Source: an uncultured Dehalococcoidia bacterium (lineage in GTDB: Bacteria > Chloroflexota > Dehalococcoidia > SZUA-161). From it: a stretch of DNA of 24,000 nucleotides. The notes below the pieces were generated by a model, which searched no databases, had not been told where the DNA came from, and saw only the letters and a program-made list of their open reading frames with translations. The DNA lies in assembly GCA_964502665.1 (NCBI GenBank), contig CAZCXP010000009.1, positions 5,804 through 29,803 of the forward strand. Reading direction: 5' to 3'. Shown one piece after another: positions 14,727-23,596 of this stretch. Each line of letters opens with the position of its first letter. Position 1 is the stretch's first letter. The translations under genes and the position numbers were made by a program.

Positions 14727-15532
14727 CACATCCTCTCCCAGACGGGCGGTATTTTCAGACGTATTTCAATCCAGTCTATAGGGATAGTCCTCTCCTGTTC
14801 CTCCGTCTGGCTGAGATGGGGCGCCCTAAAGCAAAAGCTGAGCTTATCATCCTTGATGAAGAGGTCTTCTCTCTTCCAGCTCGCTTGTGCCGTCATCCAG
14901 CCATCATCCTGCGATGGCGCGATATAGTCTCCATAGTCAACGATTACATAATCCGCGTTCGCCCTGGCCCACGAAAGATCGTATTTCAAATCCACCACCT
15001 TACACCCCTGATCTATGCTCAAGCCCTTGTCATTCCGTGCCACCACCGAGCCCACGGGCGGGTTCTGCAGGAATTCCTCCACGCTGTCAAAGCTAGCGCT
15101 GCTTCCCTCGCCTGTGGCATATACCTTGATGCTGCCATCCTCCGCCACAAGTGGAAAATCCGCCAGTTGTCCATAGAAGGGAACGTAGATGTCCTGCCAA
15201 CAATAGCTCCACTCCGCCTCATCCCTAGCCCCCAACATGAACTTTCTATCGCTGGGGAGATTATCCTCGAATCTCACCCTCACCTCAACCTCAGCAGCAT
15301 CTCCCAGCCTGCGGCTATCCAGCTCAAAGTATACCAAGTCCTTCTCCAGTTCCCTGAAGCTGGTACCATTTGCCACCATCTTGTCCGAGATTCTATCAAA
15401 AGGCCCGGTAATCATGGCCTTCCCCCCGCTATCATCCCCACCGACGTCGATAAGGTAGGTGGGGGTGCTGCCAAAGGGCAGTAGATTCACCCAGCCGATA
15501 TACCCCAGCACCACGATAGGAATAAGCCACAA
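14726..15532 (-). CDS. Hypothetical N-terminally anchored extracytoplasmic protein (268 aa), no recognisable family
   Basis: The ORF has a TTG start and an N-terminal hydrophobic segment, WLIPIVVLGYIGWVNLL. The rest is a soluble, beta-rich-looking sequence. The reading frame stays open upstream with no earlier ATG, GTG or TTG, so the true start is uncertain. Confidence 0.5.
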   Translation of the reverse strand: MWLIPIVVLGYIGWVNLLPFGSTPTYLIDVGGDDSGGKAMITGPFDRISDKMVANGTSFRELEKDLVYFELDSRRLGDAAEVEVRVRFEDNLPSDRKFMLGARDEAEWSYCWQDIYVPFYGQLADFPLVAEDGSIKVYATGEGSSASFDSVEEFLQNPPVGSVVARNDKGLSIDQGCKVVDLKYDLSWARANADYVIVDYGDYIAPSQDDGWMTAQASWKREDLFIKDDKLSFCFRAPHLSQTEEQERTIPIDWIEIRLKIPPVWERM

Positions 15533-15638
15533 CCCCTTAAGGAACCTGTTGCCCTTGCCAGTTTCCTGCTCAGCTATCTCGCCCGTTTTGGCACTCCTAT
15601 TGAGTGATTTTGTCCCTGTTCCCTGGATAGGGAAGCCG

Positions 15639-17114
15639 TCACGGGGTGAGGTCTCCAGAACCCATGAACCTCTCCAATGGCACTATCCGCCTGAAGGTTT
15701 CCAGATCGTCTCTCCCAAGCCCTTTGATCAGCCACAGTGTGCCTCCATACAGCGCCAGTAAGCCTATGTAGATAAGCGGGAGCCATGGCGGAGAGAGCGA
15801 GACCTGGAGGGCAATAGCATAAACCGCTCCCGCTGCCAGGCAGATCTTGGCCAACGAGCCAGGGCTAACCAAAGCCCGAAACCGCCAGAATACATAGACT
15901 GCTGCAGCACACATGCCGAGAAATCCGGTTGTGGTGGTCGCCCAGGCTGCCCCCTCCAGCCCGTACTCCGGTACAAGCAGGATGTTCAACCCGATGTCTG
16001 TTCCTGCCAGCAGCAGGGCCATGGCCAGAACCACCCCCGGCCTCCCGCTGCCCATGATTACATAGGCCAGAACAAAGAATATGCTTAAGAACCCCAGCCC
16101 GAAGGCCAGAATACTCAGGGTCTCGGCCGCCTCCACATACCTGGAAGAATAGACCAGGGTGAGCAAATCAGCGGAGCTAGCGCTTATCAGAAGGACCACC
16201 GGTACCAGCAGCATTAACATGTACTTCATCGAATGCCGAATGTAGCTAGCAGCAAGCTCCGTGTTGGCTGTAGAAGTTGCCCTCGAAATGGAGGGCAACA
16301 AAGTGAGGCCCAATGCCGCAAAAAGGAAGTAGGGCAACCGGGCTATGGTCGCCGCGGAGGTGTAATAGCCGGCGCTGGCTGCACCAGGGGCAATGGCCTT
16401 TACCGCAAAGAGGTCCACGTTCATGATCAAGAGCAGTATCGCTGAAAACAGCGTAGCCGGCAAGCCGAATTTCAGCAGCTTGCTATATTGAAAGCTGGTA
16501 GGGCTCCGTTGCACCCTTCCCAGATACCTAAGCGCGAGAACGAAGCCAAGCAAGGCAGCAACGAGGTACCCCAGGATGGCCCCCTTAATGCCCAAACCAA
16601 GTAGCACCAGGGCGAAAACAGCGCCTACCCTCACAATAGATGAGCATATCCTCACTTTGGCTTGCTTGCCAAACTGCTTGAGCCCATTGAGATAGCCATC
16701 ACTATAGATAGCTCGCAGGGCATAGAACGGAACCACAAAGGCTGATACCCTGATATAGGGGGTAAGCTCGGGGTCACCGAGCCAATCGGCAATGAAGCCT
16801 GCCAACCCGAAGACAAGCGCAAAGACAATCAGTGAAATCACCACCTGAGAACGGTTCCCAGCTCGTACTATACTGCCCAACCGGGCATTGTCCTCGGCGA
16901 TATACTTGGAGGCGCCTTGCGGCCAGCCGGAGGTCAGCAGAAGATCGGCAATCGTCATCAAAGCCAGCACTATCCCAAATAGTCCATAGCTTTCGGGTCC
17001 CAGATAGCGTCCCAGCCAGAAGTGAATGACATAGCCGCTGACCAGGAAAACGCCGGCAGCAACCATGAGGTAAAGCGTGCCTCTACCCATTCCAGTCTTG
17101 GCTTCGTTGTTCAT
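15639..17114 (-). CDS. MOP-superfamily oligo/polysaccharide flippase (Wzx/MurJ-like), 491 aa
   Basis: About 14 TM segments with the typical polysaccharide-biosynthesis-protein N-terminus (LYLMVAAGVFLVSGYVIHFWLGRYLGPESYGLFGIVLAL) and its two-fold repeat organisation. Confidence 0.8.
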   Translation of the reverse strand: MNNEAKTGMGRGTLYLMVAAGVFLVSGYVIHFWLGRYLGPESYGLFGIVLALMTIADLLLTSGWPQGASKYIAEDNARLGSIVRAGNRSQVVISLIVFALVFGLAGFIADWLGDPELTPYIRVSAFVVPFYALRAIYSDGYLNGLKQFGKQAKVRICSSIVRVGAVFALVLLGLGIKGAILGYLVAALLGFVLALRYLGRVQRSPTSFQYSKLLKFGLPATLFSAILLLIMNVDLFAVKAIAPGAASAGYYTSAATIARLPYFLFAALGLTLLPSISRATSTANTELAASYIRHSMKYMLMLLVPVVLLISASSADLLTLVYSSRYVEAAETLSILAFGLGFLSIFFVLAYVIMGSGRPGVVLAMALLLAGTDIGLNILLVPEYGLEGAAWATTTTGFLGMCAAAVYVFWRFRALVSPGSLAKICLAAGAVYAIALQVSLSPPWLPLIYIGLLALYGGTLWLIKGLGRDDLETFRRIVPLERFMGSGDLTP

Positions 17115-17265
17115 AACCTCTCACCCGCCGTGCTCGACATCCCTGAGTGGGCATCGGGCTGACCTTCGGCTTCACCCCGAGGCCGGAATTCCATTCGGAG
17201 CTGGTGGTCGGCTTGCCGATAGGGGGCTACCCAAGCACCATCGTTGAGCGAAGAAGAGGCAGTGC

Positions 17266-18807
17266 TCAATCCTGCACTACCTCCCTCAGCACCTTCCCAT
17301 CCATGTCTGATGGCATATCCACGCCCATTAGCTTCAGGATAGTAGGGGCAAGGTCGATTATCTCGGCATTGTCTATTTTACATCCCTTGGTGACGCCCCC
17401 TCCATAGGCAAGGAAAATCCCATGACCTCTGTGCTCCCCCGATTTGAGTGTCTTGGGTGGCGAGAATATTTTCCCTGAGGGGAAAGCAAGCATAGTAGCG
17501 GCAGCATAGGAGTAATCCCTCATGCAGAGGTTGATATCGGGAAGCATATCTGTTTTGTTGCCCCAGTAAAGCTCTTCCCTCTTCCACACGTGGTCCACCA
17601 GTCTTTCCCCGCTGTCAGTGACTTTGATCGCCTTCAACCGGGCTATTATCTCCTCCCTCAGCTCGTCATACTCTTCAGGGGCAACACTGCCTTGTGTCTC
17701 CCTCCCTTTCAGGTTAATGAAAATCTCGCCATAGTAGCCGAAGGAATACGCCTTGGTTCGACGCCAGTCTATATCCTTCCAGGTGTAGCCAATGCTATCT
17801 AGAACCCTCTTCGGCAACCCGCGGGCCGCAGAGGGCGATGGTGTGGCTACCCTGCCCATGCCCATCTTCAGGGCTAGCCCGATCACCGACTGTGGGGTAA
17901 CGCCCAGAAAACGCAATAGCGCCTTCAGTGCGCTGGAGGGAGACCTTTTTAATTTCAGATAGCCCTTCTCCTTCAGCCACTGATTCATGTTAAAATCCTT
18001 CACATACATGCCGAAGCCATGGTCCGACATCAGGACCAGGGTGCTATCCTGGGGAAGCCGCTGCATCAATCTCTCAAGAACACTGTCAATCTGCACATAT
18101 GTCTCCAGTATCTTGTCCTTGAACTCCTCATCTGCCTCATAAGCGGGATGTGACTCATCCATGTACTTCCAGTACCAGTGCTGGATATGGTCAGTGGCCA
18201 TGAAGGTTATCATATAGAAGTCCCAGTCTTCCTTTTCTATCAAATAGCAGGCGACCTTCGCGTGTATCTCAGTCAGTTCAGCAATATCTCGGGCGAATCT
18301 CCTCTTGTCCTCACTTCTCTCCGAATACCTGCTATCTTCAGATATTCTGAACTCCGGTATCGCCCTGAGCAGCTCCCTTTTCAGCTCCCTGGGGTAAGTG
18401 AAGTTGCTGCGAAGGCTGGGGGTGGTGAAGCCAGAGACCATATAGCCATTTACTTCGTGTGGTGGATAGGTAAAGGGCACGTTTATAACGCAGCACCGTT
18501 TGCCCTCTCTCGATAGAATCTGCCAGATCGTTTCCTCGGTCCTGTACTCCCTCCAATCCACATCGAGCCCGAAGCTTTTATTGAGCCTGTAAAAGGAAAA
18601 CTGCCCGTGCTTCCCCGGGTTTTTTCCGGTCATAAACGAACTCCAGGCGCAGGGGGTTATCGGCGGCACAGTGGATTTGAGCCTGCCCCAGGCCCCGCCC
18701 CGCATCAGCTTCTCGAAGGTCGGCAGCCTCCCCTGTTCGACCCACGGCTCTATCAGGTCGAAGGTAGCCCCGTCCAGGCCGATCACCACTACTCTATTTG
18801 CGGTCAT
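17266..18807 (-). CDS. Alkaline-phosphatase-superfamily enzyme (type I phosphodiesterase/nucleotide pyrophosphatase-like), cytoplasmic, 513 aa
   Basis: VVVIGLDGATFD carries the metal-binding Asp. STVPPITPCAWSSFMTGKNPGKHG carries the Thr nucleophile motif. LVLMSDHGF and GEHRGHG are metal ligands. No TM segment is present. Confidence 0.8.
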   Translation of the reverse strand: MTANRVVVIGLDGATFDLIEPWVEQGRLPTFEKLMRGGAWGRLKSTVPPITPCAWSSFMTGKNPGKHGQFSFYRLNKSFGLDVDWREYRTEETIWQILSREGKRCCVINVPFTYPPHEVNGYMVSGFTTPSLRSNFTYPRELKRELLRAIPEFRISEDSRYSERSEDKRRFARDIAELTEIHAKVACYLIEKEDWDFYMITFMATDHIQHWYWKYMDESHPAYEADEEFKDKILETYVQIDSVLERLMQRLPQDSTLVLMSDHGFGMYVKDFNMNQWLKEKGYLKLKRSPSSALKALLRFLGVTPQSVIGLALKMGMGRVATPSPSAARGLPKRVLDSIGYTWKDIDWRRTKAYSFGYYGEIFINLKGRETQGSVAPEEYDELREEIIARLKAIKVTDSGERLVDHVWKREELYWGNKTDMLPDINLCMRDYSYAAATMLAFPSGKIFSPPKTLKSGEHRGHGIFLAYGGGVTKGCKIDNAEIIDLAPTILKLMGVDMPSDMDGKVLREVVQD

Positions 18808-19460
18808 TCCTTCATTGCCACCATGCAGATTCTCTTAATGAATAGCTCGCATCCGGTCAGGCGAGCCAGCACCCGCTCCATTTCTCCGTATATCGGAAAG
18901 TGGGCTGGACGGTGATAGCTTCTCAATATTCGGAACTGGTGAGCGGTGAGGGCATCTACTATCTCCGCCCTGATGCGCAAGGCAATATGTCCTTCGGGCT
19001 TTGGTCTGACAAACTCAAAAATGTGCTTCCTGTTGGGAGTATAAATGTGTAGCTTTCCTCCCTTCTTCAGAACCCGGTAGCTCTCCCTGAGACCTGTCTG
19101 GAAATCCTCCTCAGGCAAATGCTCAAGTATATCAATAAGCATGACCTTGTCGAAGGTATCGGCTTGGAAGGGGATCGCCTGCACGTCAGCTAAGCAAATC
19201 GCGCTATTGGCTGGATTGCCGAATCTCTGGACCGCTTCGCTAGCCACTTCCACACTGGCAGGTGAAGAATCGATACCAACGATCTTGGTTATCCCGGAAA
19301 TCATGGCGCAGTATTTCCCCGACCCACAGCCTGCGTCAAGAATATATTCCCCACGCTGTGGCTGAACCAGCCCCATTACATTCCTCACCTGATCTTGCAT
19401 ACGGCGGGTTGGCCTCACAAATGCCTGCTCGCCCCTTCTCTTATAGGTATCCCTTATCAT
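18804..19460 (-). CDS. Class I SAM-dependent methyltransferase (218 aa)
   Basis: Motif I is ILDAGCGSGKY, post-I is VGIDSS, and KVMLIDILEHL is a Methyltransf_11/25-type motif. ATGA overlaps occur at both ends (19457-19460 and 18804-18807). Confidence 0.85.
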   Translation of the reverse strand: MIRDTYKRRGEQAFVRPTRRMQDQVRNVMGLVQPQRGEYILDAGCGSGKYCAMISGITKIVGIDSSPASVEVASEAVQRFGNPANSAICLADVQAIPFQADTFDKVMLIDILEHLPEEDFQTGLRESYRVLKKGGKLHIYTPNRKHIFEFVRPKPEGHIALRIRAEIVDALTAHQFRILRSYHRPAHFPIYGEMERVLARLTGCELFIKRICMVAMKE

Positions 19461-21106
19461 GTCCCGTGCCCTTCAGCTTGTTCCCCAGGTCGGATCAACT
19501 GATATAGATCGGTCATTTCAGTACCAAATACCTGCTCAAAGCAATCGCTTGCTTCAAGCCCCTCAACCGCTCCCGGGGATATATAAGCAACCCATCTCTC
19601 AGGGTTGCCCACCCACCGTTCGTCGATGAAGATGTAAGAGACACCTTCTCTATCCATGACGTCGGCCAACTGGCTGTCGCTCCCGAAATTCAGCGCCTCA
19701 TACAGCTCCGTGCCACCTAGCGGGTTTATCCAGATTACCCTGCGGTGAGCATATTGAGCCAGCTCATTCTGTCGAGGCGTGAGTATAATAGCATCCTGGG
19801 GCAACTCTCTGTCTATCCACTCACCCATGTCCTGATATTCTCCCTGCTTCGGCAGCGAGTCGACCGCCCTATCAAGACTCGGTTGATACGTTGTCACTGC
19901 TGCTATTGACACTCCCGAAATGACAACGAGTCCGAGCACAGCTTGTATCACCGTTCTTGGCCTGTAACGGGTAAACAATGCACCCTGCCCCACTCTCACC
20001 AGGCCATAGGCGAAGATTACACCAGCCAACAGGGGCATCACTGAAAAGTAGCTTTTTGCGTGTATAGAGGTGATGTAGAGTATAGCTAGTAGGCCAAGAC
20101 ATAGGGCCACCGCCATTACGGTCTTGTTTCTATCCCTGAATACATAAACAACGCCGAAGACGAGGAACAGCACGAAGAAGCCCTCCAGGAAATCTCTGCC
20201 GGCACTGCTATTGTCGAAGCTATTAAGAAAGCCTATCGTCCCCTCTGGACTGGCCTCTGCTCTCCGCTGGGAAATCGCGCCGCTGTTCCTGTGGTATTCG
20301 CTATAGGCTGAATTGGGCTCATACCTCTCTACACCAAGCCAGGAAGCTACCTCCTCCTCCGCTTGGGCTGCTGGTCCTGGCAGTATCCCGATGTAAAGGA
20401 TGTAGCCAGTAGTTGAGAACTGGTAGAAAAGAACCGGAAAGAGAAGCACGACAGCTACCGCTATGGCAATCAGGCCATCCCTTAGTCTTTTTTTCCAGAT
20501 CCTCGTTTCAGTGGCGGCATAGATAATGGTTGCCAGGACTATGAATAGGATGGCGAACCACCCCTCCTGCTTCATCCCCACAGCCCCAGCAGCGAATATC
20601 CCGGCCAGCAGAAGCCACCTCTTCCTGCCTGTCTGAAGCGCCAGGTGAAACCCGAGAAGGGAAAGAGCGGCCAGCAGAAATAGCGACATCTCTGCCTCTA
20701 TTCCCTTGACGCCGATAACTGCTGGGATCGCTACCAGGGAGGCTAGGAGTCCTACCCTGTGTCCGCAGAGATGCTTGCCCAGGATGTAAATAACAACGAT
20801 CATGAAAGCCACCGAAATGGAAGGGACCAGCTTAAGAGCCAACGGGCCGGTAAACTGGTGAAGCGTGGCAACCAGGGCGAAATACAGCTGAGGGTACACT
20901 ATAGGAAACAGCGAATCGGGAGTAGCCAGCTTGTAGGGCTCGGTAGAGCTGATCTCTCCGCTCTGCGCTATCTGAGTGATGATGTTAGCATTCGTCGAGT
21001 TGTCGGACCAAAATGCGGTATTTTGATGCAAATAGAGGTTGGCAGCCAAAGCGACGACAAATATCAGTCCAATAAGAATGCCTTCGACAAGCCTAGCTCT
21101 ATTCAT
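19457..21106 (-). CDS. Second polytopic GT-C-fold glycosyltransferase-like membrane protein with a C-terminal soluble domain (549 aa)
   Basis: It has the same architecture as 12443..14047. Its C-terminal domain aligns with that protein by eye (PQDAIILTPRQNELAQYAHRRVIW...GVSYIFIDER versus EEDAYILATSYDAPWVLGWSQRRVIA...PPIYIYHSQ). Confidence 0.55.
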   Translation of the reverse strand: MNRARLVEGILIGLIFVVALAANLYLHQNTAFWSDNSTNANIITQIAQSGEISSTEPYKLATPDSLFPIVYPQLYFALVATLHQFTGPLALKLVPSISVAFMIVVIYILGKHLCGHRVGLLASLVAIPAVIGVKGIEAEMSLFLLAALSLLGFHLALQTGRKRWLLLAGIFAAGAVGMKQEGWFAILFIVLATIIYAATETRIWKKRLRDGLIAIAVAVVLLFPVLFYQFSTTGYILYIGILPGPAAQAEEEVASWLGVERYEPNSAYSEYHRNSGAISQRRAEASPEGTIGFLNSFDNSSAGRDFLEGFFVLFLVFGVVYVFRDRNKTVMAVALCLGLLAILYITSIHAKSYFSVMPLLAGVIFAYGLVRVGQGALFTRYRPRTVIQAVLGLVVISGVSIAAVTTYQPSLDRAVDSLPKQGEYQDMGEWIDRELPQDAIILTPRQNELAQYAHRRVIWINPLGGTELYEALNFGSDSQLADVMDREGVSYIFIDERWVGNPERWVAYISPGAVEGLEASDCFEQVFGTEMTDLYQLIRPGEQAEGHGT

Positions 21107-21115
21107 GAACGACTA

Positions 21116-22285
21116 TTATGCCCTGAGCTCCTCTAGATATAGCCTGGCGACCTTCTCCCAGCCGTAGTTTTCGAGGGTGAATTCTCTGGCTCTGGTACCG
21201 AATTCTCTCCTTCTTCGGCCATCTGCCAGTAGCCACTCGATTATCTCGACAAATCCCTGGGTATCACAGGGCTCAACCAGGAAACCATTCTCTCCGCCCT
21301 TAACGGCATCCTTTATCCCCTCCAGATTTGAGGCAACCACCGCCAGACCGCAAGATGAAGCCTCCAAAGCGACAAGGCCGAAGCCCTCCATGTCTCCTTC
21401 TACTGGCATATTAGGCATTATGAAGATGTCAGACGCATTGTACAAGCACTTAAGCGTGTCATCGTCCACGCGGCCCAGCATGAACACACAGTCCTTCAAA
21501 TTGCGCTCTTCTATGGCATTTCGAATCTTGGGCGCGAAGGCACCTTCACCGGCGATCAGGTAGACATATGCCCTGTCCTTTTCCGTCAGTACCGGCATGA
21601 CGTTTTCCACGAACAAGTGAATTCCCTTTCTTTCCACCAGTCTCCCCACAGATAACAGAATCTTCTTGCCATCTAGCTCAACCTTGAGTTCTTTGGACAA
21701 TCTGCCTCTTAACTCTTGTTTGCCTTCCTCCATATAGAAGTCATCCGAGATACCATTTGGAATTACGGCTATTCTCTCACCCTGTATACCCCTCCTCAGA
21801 CACGCTTCCTTTGTAGCATCGCTAACGCAGATAACCTTATCCAGCCTCTCAGCGCACCTTGGGATGACAAACTGGTAGAGCCTATTCTCGTAGGTAATGT
21901 CAAGCCCGTGGATAGTTATGACCACGGGCTTCCTCGCAAGAGTCTTTAAGATCAAGCCAAGAGGAGCGAGCAGGCCATCTTGAAGGTAGACCACGCTTGC
22001 CTTGCGCCACGTCAAGAGCCAGAGGGACTTGAGGAAAAAATAAGGTAAAATGAGGGGCAGCCACTTGTTTGAGCCACCCCACTTCACCAGTCTTACGTCG
22101 GCCACGCTGGACAAATGCTTGGAAAGGTCATAGGCTGCTTTCTCCATCCCTCCCTTTGTCGGCGGAAACTTGCGCGTGATGAAGAGGATCACCTCTTTGG
22201 ACCTTCGAGCGCTTACCTGCTCCCCTCGCTCTTCCTCAACCGATACGGGATCTCCCCGTCCAGCAACGCCTGCCTTCTCAGACAT
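21116..22285 (-). CDS. GT4 family glycosyltransferase (GT-B fold)
   Basis: The sequence has TRKFPPTKGGMEKAAYDL, VITIHGLD and the E-x7-E motif EGFGLVALE within NMPVEGDMEGFGLVALEASSCGLAVVAS. I prefer the ATG at 22285 (MSEKAG), which lies 1 nt after the upstream TGA. The track's GTG at 22309 is an alternative. Confidence 0.85.
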   Translation of the reverse strand: MSEKAGVAGRGDPVSVEEERGEQVSARRSKEVILFITRKFPPTKGGMEKAAYDLSKHLSSVADVRLVKWGGSNKWLPLILPYFFLKSLWLLTWRKASVVYLQDGLLAPLGLILKTLARKPVVITIHGLDITYENRLYQFVIPRCAERLDKVICVSDATKEACLRRGIQGERIAVIPNGISDDFYMEEGKQELRGRLSKELKVELDGKKILLSVGRLVERKGIHLFVENVMPVLTEKDRAYVYLIAGEGAFAPKIRNAIEERNLKDCVFMLGRVDDDTLKCLYNASDIFIMPNMPVEGDMEGFGLVALEASSCGLAVVASNLEGIKDAVKGGENGFLVEPCDTQGFVEIIEWLLADGRRRREFGTRAREFTLENYGWEKVARLYLEELRA

Positions 22286-22286
22286 G

Positions 22287-23273
22287 TCACCGGGGAGGCC
22301 TGTCCCCACGCTTGTACCTCTGTAGCTTGCTATGGTAGAGCTGCTCCTCTTCGATTCTCCTTAGCCTCCCCAGCATATCAGCAATCAAGGCTAATACGAG
22401 AAAGATGGTGCCCAGTACAAGCAGCACAACTACCAAATACAGGAGCGACGTAAAAGGGGATGTCCGCCCTGTGCTTGCCCAGTGACCAAGCACAAACAAC
22501 CCGATAACAACCCCGGGTATCAGCGCTAACAAGCTTATAGAGCCAAAGAACCTCAGCGGTTTGTGATCCCTGAAGACTCTGATCGCAATTACCAGGGCTT
22601 TGAGTCCGTAGGAGTACCAGTGGGTGACCACCTTCGATTTGCCTTCCCTCTCTCTAACCTGGACCGGGACCTCCCTGACTCTCATTCTCTTATTGAGCAG
22701 GTCAATCAATACCTCCTGGGTATAGGTGAAATCCCCGAAGGTATTCAATCTCAAGGCTGCCTCCCAGGAGTAGGCCCGGAAGCCACACTGTGTGTCGGCA
22801 AGCTTCTGGCCGGTAAGCGAATTCACTATCCTGGTAAACAAGCTGTTCCCCATCTGTTTAATCCAGGGCATCTTCGGCTTGAGGCTGCTATCGAGAAAGC
22901 GCGAGCCGGTAACAAAGTCCGCCTGCCCCTGCAAAATGGGTTCAATTAGACGGGGTATGTCATTGGGATCGAATTGCCCGTCAGCATCCGTAGTGACGAT
23001 AATATCAGCTCCCATTCTGAGCGCAAAATCCCTGCCGGTGGAGAAGGCAGCTCCCACTCCCTCATTGGCCGCATGGGAGACCACCCTGTCGGCTCCCGCT
23101 TCCTTCGCCTGTTCAACTGTGCCGTCAGTAGAGCCATCATCTACGACCAGAACCTCGACCTGATCTACCCCTTCTATCGCCCTGGGGATTTCAGCGACCA
23201 CTCGAGCTATTGTCTCTTCTTCATTATAGGCTGGTATAGTAACGACTAGCTTCACGGCTTGAGCCCTATTCAC
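22287..23273 (-). CDS. GT2 polyprenyl-phosphate glycosyltransferase (Dpm1/GtrB/ArnC-like) with two C-terminal TM helices
   Basis: The sequence has TIPAYNEEETI, VVDDGSTDGT, the DxD motif TTDADGQ and QCGFRAY. Two TM segments follow (FFGSISLLALIPGVVIGLFVL and LLYLVVVLLVLGTIFLVLALI). The start is GTG at 23273, or GTG at 23255. Confidence 0.85.
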   Translation of the reverse strand: MNRAQAVKLVVTIPAYNEEETIARVVAEIPRAIEGVDQVEVLVVDDGSTDGTVEQAKEAGADRVVSHAANEGVGAAFSTGRDFALRMGADIIVTTDADGQFDPNDIPRLIEPILQGQADFVTGSRFLDSSLKPKMPWIKQMGNSLFTRIVNSLTGQKLADTQCGFRAYSWEAALRLNTFGDFTYTQEVLIDLLNKRMRVREVPVQVREREGKSKVVTHWYSYGLKALVIAIRVFRDHKPLRFFGSISLLALIPGVVIGLFVLGHWASTGRTSPFTSLLYLVVVLLVLGTIFLVLALIADMLGRLRRIEEEQLYHSKLQRYKRGDRPPR

Positions 23274-23388
23274 CGCAAGAACAGATTCCAGGAGCTATGG
23301 CCTGTAGCCAACAACGGAGATGTTCATGCTATCCGATGTATGCTCGTTAGTCAATCGACGAAGCTGTAGGCCCCGATAGTTGGAGAGG

Positions 23389-23416
23389 AGTATAGCAGAT
23401 AGGTGGCAGAAGTCAA
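23389..23416 (-). promoter_or_regulatory. Sigma70-type promoter for the minus-strand glycosylation operon
   Basis: The minus strand reads TTGACT (23416-23411), a 16-nt spacer, then TATACT (23394-23389), about 115 nt upstream of the GT2 start. Confidence 0.45.
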
Positions 23417-23490
23417 GCACGTTTTCGATTGCACACACATAGATGACCGTCATGGTATCGACATTGGCTGGGAAACGAGGTCCGAAGGTG

Positions 23491-23519
23491 TTGACAAAGC
23501 GCCTTTCGTTTGTTATTGT
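23491..23519 (+). promoter_or_regulatory. Candidate sigma70-type promoter for the Gly-Tyr-repeat surface protein gene
   Basis: TTGACA (23491-23496), a 17-nt spacer, then TATTGT (23514-23519). It is divergent from the operon promoter. Confidence 0.35.
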
Positions 23520-23596
23520 TCCGAATAGGAGGGTGGCTGCTTACCGTTTGCGGCATAGCTGCGTCGTGGAAATGCGTATTCCACGGGATACAGCGA

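Noticed and set aside
14816-15484. A 222-aa plus-strand ORF antisense to the 268-aa hypothetical protein
   Set aside because: It has no SD and a His/Pro/Arg/Ile-rich, low-complexity translation. The minus-strand frame is translationally coupled to its neighbours in the operon. This rejection is less certain than for the other shadow ORFs, because the minus-strand protein also has no recognisable family.
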